A stretch of DNA of 64,000 nt from Kudoa neothunni (taxonomy: Eukaryota; Animalia; Cnidaria). The notes beneath the pieces are model-generated. The model searched no databases. It was not told the origin of the DNA and saw only the letters and a program-made list of their open reading frames with translations. The position numbers were made by a program, and so were the translations under genes. Shown here in pieces: positions 28,230 to 42,260 of this stretch (position 1 is its first letter; each line of letters begins with the position of its first letter). Location: assembly GCA_964304625.1 (NCBI GenBank), contig OZ199838.1:734481-798480 (forward strand). The letters run 5' to 3'.

Positions 28230-29646
28230 TTACAAAGAATCGGTACAATCAAAACAATAAATAATGTTTCTTTTTATCCTATGTTTTGTGTAAACAAATT
28301 TGAAACAGTTAGAACATCTCAACCTGGATTTTTTATCTTTATTCCACCTACCTTCATAGTATAAAGCTGAATATTTAGTAGGGATTACGTTTCCATATCT
28401 ACAGTCACCCAGAGTTTGATTTCGAATCGTCTGGGCTTGCTCTACATATATACACGATACTAGCATGTACCCCGAAACCTTACAAACCTTTTGTGGACTG
28501 TAATATGCGTATCTGGTGAATAATACTTCAGGCAATTTTCATTAAATAGATTGAAAACTTGGCGACAAAGTTCAAATTTGTCACTTGTTGTATGAAACCG
28601 CTAAATTCTATTTGTTTTGTCGTCAAAACGGATGTTTCTATAAATATAAGTGAACCTAATTCTGAACATCAGTGTGGAGAAGAATAATTGTTTGAATAAT
28701 GGACCACCATCCCTTATATTCCTATGGGCAAGCATCTTACCATTCAAACGCCTAGCGGCAATCAATATGCCTGTAAATGCTCATGTTCCATCTTTCGACA
28801 TTATTGCGTGTTTTTCTAGGTAAGTTTCTTCATTATATTTGTCGGTGTATTTTACTGTCTCATCAATTGTGGTTTTTGACTTAAACTATTCAATGGAATA
28901 ATTAATGAACGTTATATTTTTGACTTCTTCCAAAATGCCTCTGAGTGAAGTTACGATGTTATGTGATTTAGTTTTCGTTTTCATACAAATTCTTTTGGAC
29001 CTTCCAAGACCAGATGGGGAATAAAAAAAACAGATTCATAACTGGGGTCTATTTAAGCGAAATTAACGTCACTTTGAAAATATTCATCAAAGTTAATATC
29101 AATAATAACACCATCTGATTTAGATATTTCATATTCTGAGAAGCTATCATTATCGACAAATATTCAATCGGTTTCTCAATAACATCAATGGTTTGGTCTA
29201 ATCTCATATTAAGTTATGGATATTTCAAAAAAATTATTTAATTATTGTTAACTTAATATCCGAAAGAAAGGTCATATGTGCGGTTATTTCGGATTAATAA
29301 TCATTAATCCATTGGCGATATAATTTAGATAATCGCACCATTTTTTCACAAAATGGAACAGATATTATTAAATATTTCGACTCTTAATGTTATTTTTAAT
29401 ATTTATAAAAGAAAGGTGTAACATTAGAAAATAGTCCGCCACATTCAAAATTAACTGTAGTACTATTTTGGAATCTATTCATTAGAATTAATTATATTAT
29501 AACAACTTTTTATTAGGTTATTGTAATAATGGTAATAGAGGTTTTTTTGATACTTTGAAAATTAATAGAATCTGATTTTTGGATACAGAAATAAAATAGG
29601 TAATGTGGAGTCTCTTAAATACCCCAGTTGGGACCGAAAGAGTTAA
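28230..29646 (-). mobile_element. piggyBac-like element, decayed
   Basis: Cys-rich C-terminal domain (RCSNC...YCFDC) in ORF 28230-28535, remnants such as LPIGI*GMVVHYSN, and a terminus ttaactctttcggtcccaactgggg with TTAA at 29643-29646. Confidence 0.6.
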
Positions 29647-31606
29647 AGGAGAATTTAAAAGTATGCTGTAATCAGATGGATTCAATCCTTACATACTGAA
29701 TCTAGGCTCTCAAATTTCGTTATAGCGACCATAAAACATAATTCTAGCAATAAAAATTAATCATCGTAAATTATTATAGAGTTATTCAGATTTTTCTACT
29801 TCCATAATATCTCTAAAATGATCTCAATTTTTTAATGTGTCCATCACAGTCTTTAAAAGTGTGATATTTAAAAAAAAAAAAAGTTTTATTTTTTGTCACC
29901 CCGGGGCTACTCATGAGTCTTATATTTCTTTATTTTTTGACTCAATTTTTCTGTTATGATATTTCCCCAATCCTATACGAAACTGGCTAGTTCGCGCTAG
30001 TCTCGTATAAATGTCATTAATAAACATTGTCTGACAAAATGTTAATTAAAGATAAATAATTTATGAGGTAATTTGAATATTAATTCTAGGGATAAACAAA
30101 TTTAATTCGTTATAAACATTCTATTTCAACTAAATAAACATTAAAAATATTTTAAACTAATTTCGATTGTATAACTGAAGTTTTTTTTGTTTAATTTCGA
30201 AGCTTAAAAAATTAACTAATAATATTTATATATATATATATCTTTTGTTAATTCTCCTTACATAAACATGTAAACATACCCTTTATATCATTTTTTAAAT
30301 TACATCATTGTCATGCGAAAAATATATTTAAAATTTCTACATTTATTATTAAGTCAATTAATATAGATAACTATAACATTAATAGATATATAATAATTAA
30401 AAAACACTAATAGAAATCACCGAATATATTATTGAGATTTAAACAAATGCATTATATTGTTACCGTATTTAATATTAGAATTAAATCTCATTATTTTATG
30501 CGAGATAAAAAAAAAATTAGATATTATCAAAAAATTAAGTTTTAAGAGTTAGTCAATATTCTAGTGGTATATCATAAATATTTAATTTTCAGATAATTAC
30601 TCTAAAAATTCTTGATGTATAAAGTTTTTTTAAATTTCTTAAAATTAAATATCTATTGCGATCAAATCTGTCATTAATTTTATCGGTTAAAATGTAGAAT
30701 AGTGGCCGTAATCTAAATCAACGACCACGACAATAATCAAACCTGTTGTTTATTCTAATTTGTTGTATTTATAATTGTTTCACCATCAGTAGGTTATTTT
30801 CGGCACTCTATTTGTGTTCGATAATAGTTGTTGTAATATATTCTTTAGATGACTGATAGCCCCTCGGGGTTATTTCCACAGGTCATACCATCTAATCGTT
30901 GTAGTAAAGCATACTTTATTTATCCTAAAATTTGAGTGACAACTATGATTTTTTATTGATCGTCATATTTAATCATTAGCGATTGCCTATTATTAATTCT
31001 ATGTCTATAAGAATAAGAAATTCATATTTTCTTCAAGCATTAAATGTTATATTGTAGCAAATGCATAACGTTAACATAAAAAATAATTTATTATATAAAA
31101 ATATTTTGTGTATTTATACTCCTGAACTTTTTATGTCATAAAATACATAATATTATATATGTATTATATCTTCAAAGGTTTTCCGAATCTTTTATCTTTT
31201 GCAAGTAGATATAAATAAATATTTACCACAATTTATTTGCGCTAGAAAACATTTTCAAAAATGAAATATGTTAATTTATATACAAAACACAGTTGTTCGG
31301 CAATCACTTAAATTCAATAATGATGATAGGGACGTCAAAGTTCACGCCACAATGAGATATTATTGTATCAGATCTGAAACTACTTCAATTACTCACACAA
31401 TGGAAAATAAACCTATTATTGTTTCTGTTTTACTTAATTATTTGGCCTCTAAAAATTATTTATGTGCACATATTTAGATTTTCAAAATTTTTTGGTTTTA
31501 AATTTTAATGCGACCCTCGGTGTTATAGCTATATCAACAACACAATGTGGTCCTAGCCTCTTAAATATAGACCCCTGATCTATATATATATATATATATA
31601 TATATA

Positions 31607-31675
31607 CAGTTAGTGACTGGTTTTACGCAATTTTTTCATGGTCCCGATGGATTACGTAAAACCGGTCACTAACTG
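31607..31675. mobile_element. 69-bp Tc1/mariner(pogo)-type MITE
   Basis: TIRs cagttagtgactggttttacg and cgtaaaaccggtcactaactg (20/21 match), TA on both sides, next to a (TA)n tract. Confidence 0.85.
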
Positions 31676-32480
31676 TAATATTTTCGTTTTTATTTTGATA
31701 AGCATCGTTTCTTATATTTCGAACGTTTTATCATGTCACAATGGGTTAATTGTAATTTTAGATCATTGATCGAAAATAGAAATAAAACAATGTATTAATT
31801 CTTTAAATTTGAAAAGTAATTTCTAATAATTATTGGTATACAATGAGAACTACTGTATTTTTATCATTAAGATAAAAAAATGTGATACTTTTCAAATAAA
31901 TATAATACTCTATATTATTCTTATATTTATTTTTATATAATATGAAGCTAAAGATCGTTATTTAGTGTATATATGATAAATTAATTAATATTATTATTTA
32001 AATCAAATCAAACTATTAACAATTCGTTTACTTACACTATTAAATATTTTAGAAATGAAATTCTTATTTAAAAAATTTATATAAAAATGTAAATTATTAC
32101 AATTAATGCTACGAATTCATCAACAATTATTCAAAATTAATTTATAAATTTAATTTTATTCCTTATAATTCTATTGTATAATTTGTATATAATAAATTTT
32201 CGAAATCATTAATAGATAGCATTTGTAGTTTTCTTCATAAATCTATCATTTTTATCCCTTTGAATTGAAACTAAATAATTGGTTTAAATTTACTTTATCT
32301 GTACTTATTAAATATTTAAAAAATTTATTTTAAATTTCATTAAGTATTTATGGTAGATTATGATTTTCAGAGAGTAACAAAGAAGATAAAACAAACATAT
32401 CTCGTTATTTTAGTTGGGAGATAATACATTTGTATAAAAGGAGAAAATACTGAATTTATTTTCTTGTTGGTGAAATTGCT

Positions 32481-33290
32481 ATGGCTTCAGTCTTATTCGT
32501 AACCAAAATGATTATATACTTAGGTTGCCACTTTTAATAATTATGATTTTAATATTTTTATTCAGGTTTTTTTGTTTTAAATATAAATCAATTGATACAA
32601 AATCAACGGGTATATTTCTAAACTATTATTAAACTTATTTTCAATCATAGAATGATGTAAAAAATCTAAGAAATCTAGGAAATAATGTTCGAAATAAAAC
32701 GTTACAAAATATTCTGCATTATATGGATGGACGAAAAACGGTAAATCATAAAATGAATGAAAATTCTGATGTATTTTTTGTGTGTTTAAGAGTAAAACAA
32801 ATATAAAAAAACTTGTTAATGAGGCAAGAAAAATTCTCTCCAAATTATACATCAATGGAAATCTTTGTGGCGAAAGAATTATCTGTAACCGTGGTCAAGG
32901 TTATACAGAAAATGGGGTTAAAATTTAATATTGGATTTTTAGCATTGTTTATTCGGGAGATTGATTGTTTGTCTTGCTTGGTAGTTGTCATTTTGAATCC
33001 ATTTAAGAATAATTATTTTAATAGGTGGTATTAAAAATTAGAAATAAAGGTAACAACAAGAACCTGGCTTATATTTTGTCAAAAATATTTGCCAAAAAAT
33101 ATCGGTTTAACGTAAATATAATAAATTAACAAAAATTATACATTTTTTAAGTCCAATCAATCTCTATCTCATGAGGAATTACAGAGAAAGAACGAAAATT
33201 ATTGCATTCATCTACAAATCTGCCCCGCTAGATTAGCTACTTCGATTTTCGTCCTGGATTTAGTGAGTAGAAGACGATTTCCATATAGAG
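32481..33290 (+). pseudogene. Saposin-like (SapB-type) secreted protein gene; one in-frame TAA
   Basis: Spliced reading: MASVLFVTKMIIYLG|FFVLNINQ..., then NLCGERIIC, a phase-1 intron, IDCLSCLVV...RWY*KLE...FCQKYLP and NYCIHLQICP. These match the CxxC, C..LP and C..L..C SapB pattern. The 3' end is uncertain. Confidence 0.5.
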
Positions 33291-35599
33291 TAAAAACAAT
33301 TGATTTTATATGTATTGTACGAAAATAATAATCTAGAATTTTATTGGATATTTATGTGATAGAGAAAATATTTGCTTCAACAATAATACAGAAAAGACAT
33401 CCGATAATATTTCCAACATTACAAAAACCGATAATGATACAGCCAACCATTCTATCTTCAAATATAATACAACCCTAACCCCAGGAGTTTCCATAAATAT
33501 TTCAAAAGTGACTCTAATTGTTAACAATTACAATAACTAGAATTTAATCCGATTTTTTTATTTGGCACAATCGCATATGTTTATGAGGCATTTTAATCAC
33601 TAATAACCCAATACAAATTGTTCAATAAAATAAGAAATTATAAACATCTAAATATTCTATGTTACCAACCAAAATAAAATAATTATTGTATTTTAACGGC
33701 GATTATATATTAATAGGAAATAAATGAAGATTTCATGCAAATGAGTGATGAATTAAACAAACAGATAAATTTTATTTTAAACGAAATTATACGTTATATG
33801 GATACTCAAAAAAATAAAGTTAGAATATATTGTAATTATGAGTTTCAGCTATAAATTTTATTTTATAGTTCAATTTACTCCAATTTGATAAGACTCAATT
33901 AGAGCTCACAATGAACAGAATATTCACTTCTAAGTTACTTTGTGGCAGACTTGTAGAATGTCATAAAAAATCATGTAAACTCTCATCTACTATTAAATAA
34001 TAATATTTAGTGATAAGACTGAATAACCCAAAGTATTGTATTCCTTGTCTGGTAATTTTTGTTAAACTTTATGAAATTATATCGGCATAGTTACTATCAC
34101 AAAAAAGCACTTTTAAGAATTTAAAAGTCAATAATAAATATATAGAAGTAATGTATTATACATTAATTTTCCATAATAAAAATATAGAGGAATAAACCTA
34201 TTTATACTGTTCGAGACGATAACTACGAAAAATTTGTTCTTTTCTACCAGTTAAATTTGTGTCTTGGATCCAGCTACTGTGCTAAAAAAGATTACATACA
34301 TATCTATGTGGATATATTAGATAATTATAGTTTTTAATGCACTATGAACCTAAGTCATTAAAATTGCTATATTTTAATATTTGGCATCTTTTCGAAGGCA
34401 TCCAAAAATTTGAAATAAACAAATTTATAATTTTATTAATCACATATATTATTAAGTTTTTCGATCAAACGCGGCAATTTGCAATCAAACACATTCGTTT
34501 AATAACCCCCAAAAATTAAGCTTTAACATTCATGACCCACAAATTACTATCATCATTGTGATTTATTCTAATATTACGTCTTATCGAGAAAAACCTTTCG
34601 TTATAGATTAGCGTCTCTCGATTGAATCTATCACAGTGCGATTATGCATAAATATAATTTCACCGCATTTATAGTTCGGTCTAGCAGAGGAGGTTAAATT
34701 AACCGTTTGAAAGGTTGGAGATACATTTACGGGCGTGAAATCTCCGTAGAGATAAAATTTCTTATTGATAGGGTATGGGATGGTGGTCGCAGTGAAGCTA
34801 GTATGTTTAGTTGGTTTAAATCCCACACTACCGCAGATAGATAAGTGCTGAGTGGTAGATGTTACTCATCCTTTTGTGCATACAGCGTTAATGGGGGTGG
34901 TTTGATCAACCATAACTCCACAACAGTGTTTACCACCTGTGAGGCGCGACAAAATTTTTGGTGGGACATGGAAATGTAAGAACGTTTAATGAAACGCGAA
35001 ACATCCTGATTATTGGAGTTACACGGTTAATAGTGGGATAATTGGGAAGTCTGGCCAACTTTTAAGTTAATATCATAATTTTTGATATATCATTTTTATA
35101 AATGACAATTAATATCATCGAAACTACAAAAAAGCAATGACTAAGTATTAAGTATATGTAAATTAATAATAAAATTTAAAGTACCCTTCACCCAAATAGA
35201 ATCCATATGATTTGATCTCAATCTTGTCTCTTTGAGAATGATATATCCCCATTTTGATTTAATCTAATATAGTATCGATTAATTTCGATATTAAATATTT
35301 ATTTTCAGTTTATAAGTCAGTTGTACATGAATGTCTTTCTTAATGAAGATAGAAATATCTCGAGTTTTACGTTATGCAATTTTTGACAGAATAAAGAATT
35401 AAACATGTTAATTACTAAGGTTCAACGACGAATTAAATTAGATCTTGTCGAACACATTTTAATTCTATTTAGAAAAGAAATATATATATATATATTGACT
35501 TCAATTTTTGGCGTGATAAGTAGCTTATTAAAAGTTATGAACAGATAAAGTTAAAAAATTAATATTTTTGAAAAAGATGGGCTCGATAAAAAAAAGATT

Positions 35600-36600
35600 A
35601 GGACACCCTGTACCACAACCTAATAATTTTCGCCAGGATTTATACCTTACAAAAAAATAGATAAGTGTTATTTCATCGAAACACTCAACAATAGCTAACT
35701 TCAACCATTTCTCGTCTTTACAATACCTCCTTATTATTAAATTTTTCCATAAAGAAAAAACATTCTCAATACGGTCTAGGAAGGGTGAATATGGAGACAG
35801 GTATTATACCACTAAATGTTAGCGTCTATTATGTCCTGAAGACCCCTGTAACTGTAATGGTGAATTTTTTCATTGTCCATAATAAATGTTGGATTAACGA
35901 CCCTATTATCAAACGGCATGTTTTCAGCTACTGCAACCAAACTTTGAAGCCTTTGTTGGTTAGAGCCTAATCATGTATTTAATGATAAAAGGTATGACTT
36001 TTACTTACCGTTACAAACAAAGAATTAGTCCAACTTCTAGCAACAGACACGAAACCAAAACCAGACTTGTCTCGCAAAGAGCCTCTTCTCTTTGGTTGTG
36101 TAACTAAAGAAAATCCCACTTCATTCAATAATAAAAGGCTATAATACATTTAAGTGATTTCTAAACCCTCTAACATTACATATTTGAATTGTATATCTAT
36201 TGTTGTAGAATAATTCGTCCTCTCATGAACGCTTACAATTGACTTAAGAGTGTAATAGAACTTTCCGATTACCTTATCGAGTGTACTAATGGATACGGTA
36301 GGCCCAAATTCGTCCTGGAATATTTTATAATTCTTTAAATAGATTAATGAATTATAATTATTAACAAAGATCATTTTATCATTCCAGACCAATGATAGAC
36401 ATGATTGTTTGTCTCTTCCTATAGGTTTTGAATCAAGGATACCACAGCTTCTAAATTTGGACAATATCGACCAAACCATATGTCGCGGTAACCTCATTTC
36501 GGAAGCGATACAATTATCACCTTTTCCAACTACGCAAAAATTATACATTTGCTCTCTTAGTTCGACAAAACTTTATTTTTCTTTGTTTTATTTTAGATTG
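35600..36600 (-). mobile_element. Tc1/IS630-like transposase remnant
   Basis: HTH-type N-terminus (IASEMRLPRHMVWSILSKFRSCG), TVSISTLDK, LLNEVGFSL (DExGF position) and RIENVFSLWK. Confidence 0.75.
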
Positions 36601-37985
36601 CATATTTGATGCTGAGCTAGCCAAGTAGAATTGCTCTGAAACTGTAAACTCAAAGTCACTTGAAACTTAACACATACTTAGATTCAATTAGATTAACAAG
36701 GATTTGTTTAAAATATATGTGTAGCGTTAATCGAGAATGCGCTTTGAAACCTATATCTTGATTGCAAAACTGCCTACCTGATCGTGAAACTCTATATTAT
36801 ATTATATGCGTCCTTCTTTTTTAAATATTTAAAAACGTACCAGAATATTTAAAAAAATTATAAATTTAAGTAATTTTAAGAATTCTATTTATCTATATAA
36901 ACTATGATTACTTTGACTATTCATTTATAAATAGGCAGTCGGTGTTCACCACGGATTCCTTCGAGTTGGTGGGAAATCAAAATATCCACTTCTAGTGGTA
37001 TATTCGAAAAGGTGTCTGATGTAATTCTCTGTGTGTTCCCAATAGAACCTGTAATTGGGATATACGTCAATTATATTTTGAATTACATCCAAAGATATCG
37101 TACAGTCCGATAGTAAGTTAACCTTCGATCTCTAAATCATTAGAGGCGTAATAACAAATGAAACAGTTAAGATTTCACGGAGCCAAACCACAATAAGCTT
37201 ATAATTCTAGATGCGATTATTTTACTTAAAAATTACATTTCCATGTATGGACAAGACGAAAAACTAAAATTTTTTGTTGCGCTCAATATAACATTAATGA
37301 AGGCACCATAATCACCAATCAAAATTTAAAAATAAAAGTTAACTTTGATTCGTACCATATATAAAATTTATATTCCACTTTTGAAATTAAATAATTCATG
37401 TGTCTTAAAATTGTTTTTATATGGACATTTTCCCTTCAGAAATGAGAGATAGTAAAGGTATATGAAAAATTGATGTTATTTTATTATTCAAACCCAATTT
37501 GTTTCTGTATTATTCCAATTAAAATTAATATAAAATTAATGATAAATTTTATATTAGTTGAATCTAAGGTAATCAGCAAGTTTAATCCCATTAGACATTC
37601 CTTTGATTCATAAATCTATTTGATTAACCTTAACGATCAAACAAGGTCAAACATAGAATCAGCACATCTAAAATTTATGTGAAATCAATATGTTTTCTCG
37701 AAATAATATTTCTAACTATTAGTTTATTAAAATATTTCTGAAAACCCCAAAAAATAACAAATTATATAGTTGGATGAAAAAAATTCAAAAAAAATCTCGG
37801 AAGATTATTAGAGTTTTTGGCTTGAGATGCTTTGTAATGCGGTTCATTGGAACCACTTGAAGAATCATCACTTTCAGATCCACCTGCATTTCCATTTGAG
37901 GACTCGTATCTATTCCCTGAAGTGCGTATATAGGTGCTCACATGATCTTTTGGCTGGACAATCGACATGCGATTTAATTTTCTTA

Positions 37986-39203
37986 TTAAAGAATATCATC
38001 CAATTTAGTCTATCCAAACAAAATCACTATCTATCAAGTGATAATTGACAGAAGTTACAATTTCATTTTTAAGCTCTTGGATTTTAAATTTTGCAAGTGA
38101 CATATTCTGAATATGTAATCAATAAAAATCACCCTACAACACAATTAATTATCCTACAGGCGGGAGATTGTGATATTGCTTCAAATCGTTTTCAAGAGGA
38201 GCCAATTCACTTAATTTTACCTTCACCTCCTAATAAAATAATGACATCAATCAAATCATATAACAAACATTCCAATATATACACTAAACATTTTTAGAAT
38301 CACACTATGAGTGACTGCTTTAGAGGATTGTTCGGCGTTATCCCCAAACGTTCAAATCAAGAAATGTTGAGACTCTTCTTTTTGATGGAGTTAATGTCGT
38401 TCTAGAAGTATCACCTTTCTTATTAGCTTGATTGTTTGGGATGGTGTTGGTTAAAAGTTGTTTCATTGACTTTATTTTGGAACGCATTTTAACAATCTCA
38501 TTTTTTTTATGTTCATATGTATTGCTGGTAAAAAGAAGCAATTGATTTTTGTAGCTTTATTAATTGCGTAAATGACCAATTTTAAATAGTAGCTTAGATA
38601 CAATTCGAGATTGGACGAAATCTTTTCAATAGTAGAGTATTGTTCAGAAAGTTTATCGTTATCCAACTCAAGCTGGCATATTTTCTCATTGGTTCCTTCC
38701 AGCATATCCAACTGTTCCACCGCAGACAACATTAAACTATAACTACATTGGAAACATAAATTTCACAATATAAATCACGTTGTAATATCGGTTGATTGTG
38801 CGTCCACAATCAAGGCGACATCAACGATCAATCTAACCATCCTTGATAGCCATGTGTCCCCATTCATCAAATTTAGATCCTTTAGAATTGATTCTAGTCT
38901 CTTTTCTTTCGAATAATGAAAATATTATTATTCCAGGGAGTATTGAAAAGTTACTTTTATCGTCGTAAAAAGTTGTTAAAGAGATAACTAATTGAGAAAT
39001 ATTATCATAAAAGTGACAGTCATGTTGGTATTTCAGTTGTAGCACATCTAAACTGTTCAGGATGAGATCTGAATCTTTTGATCGACATAAATCATCAATT
39101 GTAATCGAGGGATCTAACGTTGCCAACCATTCCTTAATCTAATAGTATAAAATCAATAAGATAAATTGTGGTTAAATCAAACTTTTTTTTGATGGGATAA
39201 CAT
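37986..39203 (-). CDS. HAUS1: HAUS augmin-like complex subunit 1
   Basis: Spliced protein MLSHQKK|IKEWLATL...FYDDK|KRLESIL...SRMVRLIVDVALIVDAQSTDIT|LMLSAV...EVKVKLSELAPLENDLKQYHNLPP|NMSLAKFKIQELKNEI|TKLDDIL. This matches HAUS1 blocks as I recall them (VAAWLKKIF; LVDSAVALETKDTS; LESYLDLxPNPSLAQVKIEEAKREL). One central donor and the extreme C-terminus are uncertain. Confidence 0.8.
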
Positions 39204-39519
39204 TTTCGAGAGGCGCTAATTATTAATCCCCGTCTGCGTGCGACTTATTGACAAGTATGATGTTATGTTTTATTAATTATATCGATACTTTAATGAATAT
39301 AACGCGATTTTTTGTTATCTAATTTAATTATTGAAATAACTGATATAGGTAATGGAGGATATGCCATCTCCAAAATTCACCATACCATGTTGCGCATGTT
39401 AAATTTTTCTATTTTTCATATTTTATCATTTACATTTTTTAACTGATGTGGAAGTTAGAAACGTCTAATAATTTGTTAACCATAATAAAAATGTTTAAAC
39501 AACTTGATATTAGCATTAA

Positions 39520-40400
39520 GTATGGAGGATAAAGTTAGTCTGCCTCCTGTGGAAAGCGTTCGAATCAGTGATAAAGATGTCTCTTTTGTCGATTCATTAA
39601 ATTCGAATCAGAAATATGCTTTAGATTTCTTGAGGTAAAATGGTCTGATTATCAATAAAGATATCGTTTATTGGGATTTAACTATGGGACTTTTTCGGCA
39701 AAAATGGGCCATTGATGGTTATTCGTACTGTTGTAGTTTTTTCAAGAAATACATATCGGTACCAAGAAGATCATTCTTTGAATTTAGTCACCCCAAATTT
39801 TATCAAATATTAAGATTAATATATTATTATTCGAATAGTAATAGTGAGCAGAGTTTTTTTGAAAAAGTAGTCAAAAATAATTGTTGATTGGAAAAATTTA
39901 ATTCTCGACGATTACTCCAACTATTTGTACATAGGAATTCTAGAAAGGTTGATGATGCTGTTGGAATCATTTTTCAAATCGATGAATCCAAGCTCTGTAA
40001 AAGAAAATTCTATTTAGGACGAATCCTTGCTAATGAAGATTAATATATAGTTGGCGGAAATGATGAGAATGATACTGGTTTTATGAATGTCACTACATTT
40101 CATCACATAATACAAGAAAATATCGAGATAGGTTCAATTATTTGAGCCGGCTGTTGGAAAGGATACAGAAGACTCGTTCGTCGCTCATGGTTTTCTTCAT
40201 AAAACAGTCTACTATAGCAAAGAATTCGTTTTCTCTAATCGAATTCACACTAATAGAATTTTGGCAACCTGAGATGCTTGCAAAAGCAAATTTCGCCATA
40301 TTCAAAGCAAATTTCATGAACTAATAAAAGATTACTTTTCGGAATACATATTTAAAACCAATATACTTGAAGAAACATTTAACCAAATTAAGTCTATATA
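39520..40400 (+). mobile_element. Merlin / IS1595-like transposase, heavily decayed
   Basis: AIDGYSYCC..ISVPRRSFFE, FQIDESKLCKRKF, IGSII and HKTV remnants with stops. Confidence 0.75.
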
Positions 40401-41559
40401 CTCATTTCAAGGATTATATGTTTATTTTGTTAATACCAAGATTGTTGGAATTAACAATATATTAGACGTACCTAAAGTCCATATCAAGCCGTTTTTAATA
40501 TGTTGAGTGGTAAAAATAATATTTCTAAATTCATGTTTCAACGTTTCTTTCGAAAATCCGAATTCAAATGTCTTCGCCGTTAGCGCATCACATTCAATTT
40601 TTTGTAATCAAGTTGTTTCAATATAGTAAAATCTTTAAACTTATAGAGTAGAGAGTAAAGTTTGATAGTTTTTATAGTTGATTCAATGTCGTTTGTGTGT
40701 TTATACATATTATTATTGTCCGAATTTCTATAATCTTAATAAAGTTGTTTTGGGTGATAAATTATTTTTACTCTATAAGTTATATCCTGTAATACGAATC
40801 AAAATGCGAAATAACAAAAAACTTATTTACTCCAATAAGAATTTGATCATGCCTTTGTTAATATAATCTTATTGAGGGGGTTTCTTGAAGTCGTCGTCAT
40901 GGCAGATATTAAGAACCAACGTCGATGTTATCAAATTCTATCAAATAATGGAACTTCTATCGGATGTTTGATAGATAAAGATCCTACAAATAAATGCAGA
41001 AATTGACATAGGGTTAATGCATATAATAAAAAAATATTTTAAAACACAGTAAAGTGGAACATATTCCGTGTTTTTTAGTTAGAGCTTGCAGATCGTTCAT
41101 TTGGAAATTAACCTACTTCTAAGTCTTCTGTGGATGATGTTCTACTTATCTTTTATAATTATAGATCAATTGTAAGGCTTTAATATAGTTTAAATAATCG
41201 TTGAATAAAAAAAATACTTGTATTAACAGAAAAGCAGCACAATCTTCCTGCACGTACGTTGATGCATAGCTTATTGACAAAAACCAACAACAGCTATCAG
41301 TGAAAATTCACTAACGTTTAAGATACGATATATACCAATTTCTTGTGTTATTATTAATTATTGTTTTTCATTGTAGCTTTGTGGAACCTCTGCATTCGGT
41401 TCGTTGATACACTATGAGAACCACTGTCTTAAATGAATTTTATCATTTCTCCTATGTATGCTCCAAGTATTACTTTGTCGAAAAGGTCATATTTATTATT
41501 TAGGAGAGATAGTAAACTCACGTTTCTCCTAGAACATCTTCACTTTGCGTCTTCAAATT

Positions 41560-42260
41560 CCAGTGGGCATAACTACTTGAAGTTATCTGTTTCAGAAATG
41601 CTTGAATTTTTATATTTAAGGAGTATCGAATGATCGCGCTCAAAAATTTATCCGGAAAACCGCCATATCATGGTTTTCCTCAATTTGGAAGATATGTACG
41701 ATAAGCTTTTACCGCCGAGAAAAATATAGAGATCGAAAGGCAGTTATTGAAATCGATGAATGTCTTCCCTGTGGTGAAAGAAAGAGAAATAGAAGACGGT
41801 ATTTGGAAATGGGCCGGCCTATGGAGAATGAAACTCACATCCCAAGTGGATCAAAAGATGAGAATCTGGCAACCTCTTCTACTTCTAATTCAGGACCCTA
41901 TGGAAATCGTACAGTTGTTCCATGGTTCGTGGGAATACACGAATATCCTGTTAACAACTAAGACCAACGTACCCTGCTTGAATTCTGGTTTTTCAATGTC
42001 GATAAAAGAGACAAACGTACTCTATACCGCTTATACTATGAGAGGTTGAGAATGGTGCCAAAATATCTACAGATGAGCGATGAGTGGTATGCATATCTCA
42101 CTTTTGGTATTTAAGGTTACGACCGCGTAACGGTTAATCACTCTAATGAATATGTAACCAGCCCAACCTCCATACAAATACAGTTCAGGTAGTAAGACAC
42201 CATTCGAAAACAAAAACATTAAGAAGAATGAGTGGGGTTCGAAGACACTTATTAAATTCT
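41560..42260 (+). mobile_element. Merlin / IS1595-like transposase remnant (third, distinct family)
   Basis: A frame not in the ORF track reads VIEIDECL...RKRNRRR...GNRTVVPWFVGI...VDKRDKRTL...GAKISTDE..WYAY...TVNHSNEYV. Confidence 0.75.

Noticed and set aside
38833-39126. HOOK/NuMA-type CH domain
   Set aside because: After splicing, the N-terminal and C-terminal blocks (YHNLPPNMSLAKFKIQE) fit HAUS1 much better.
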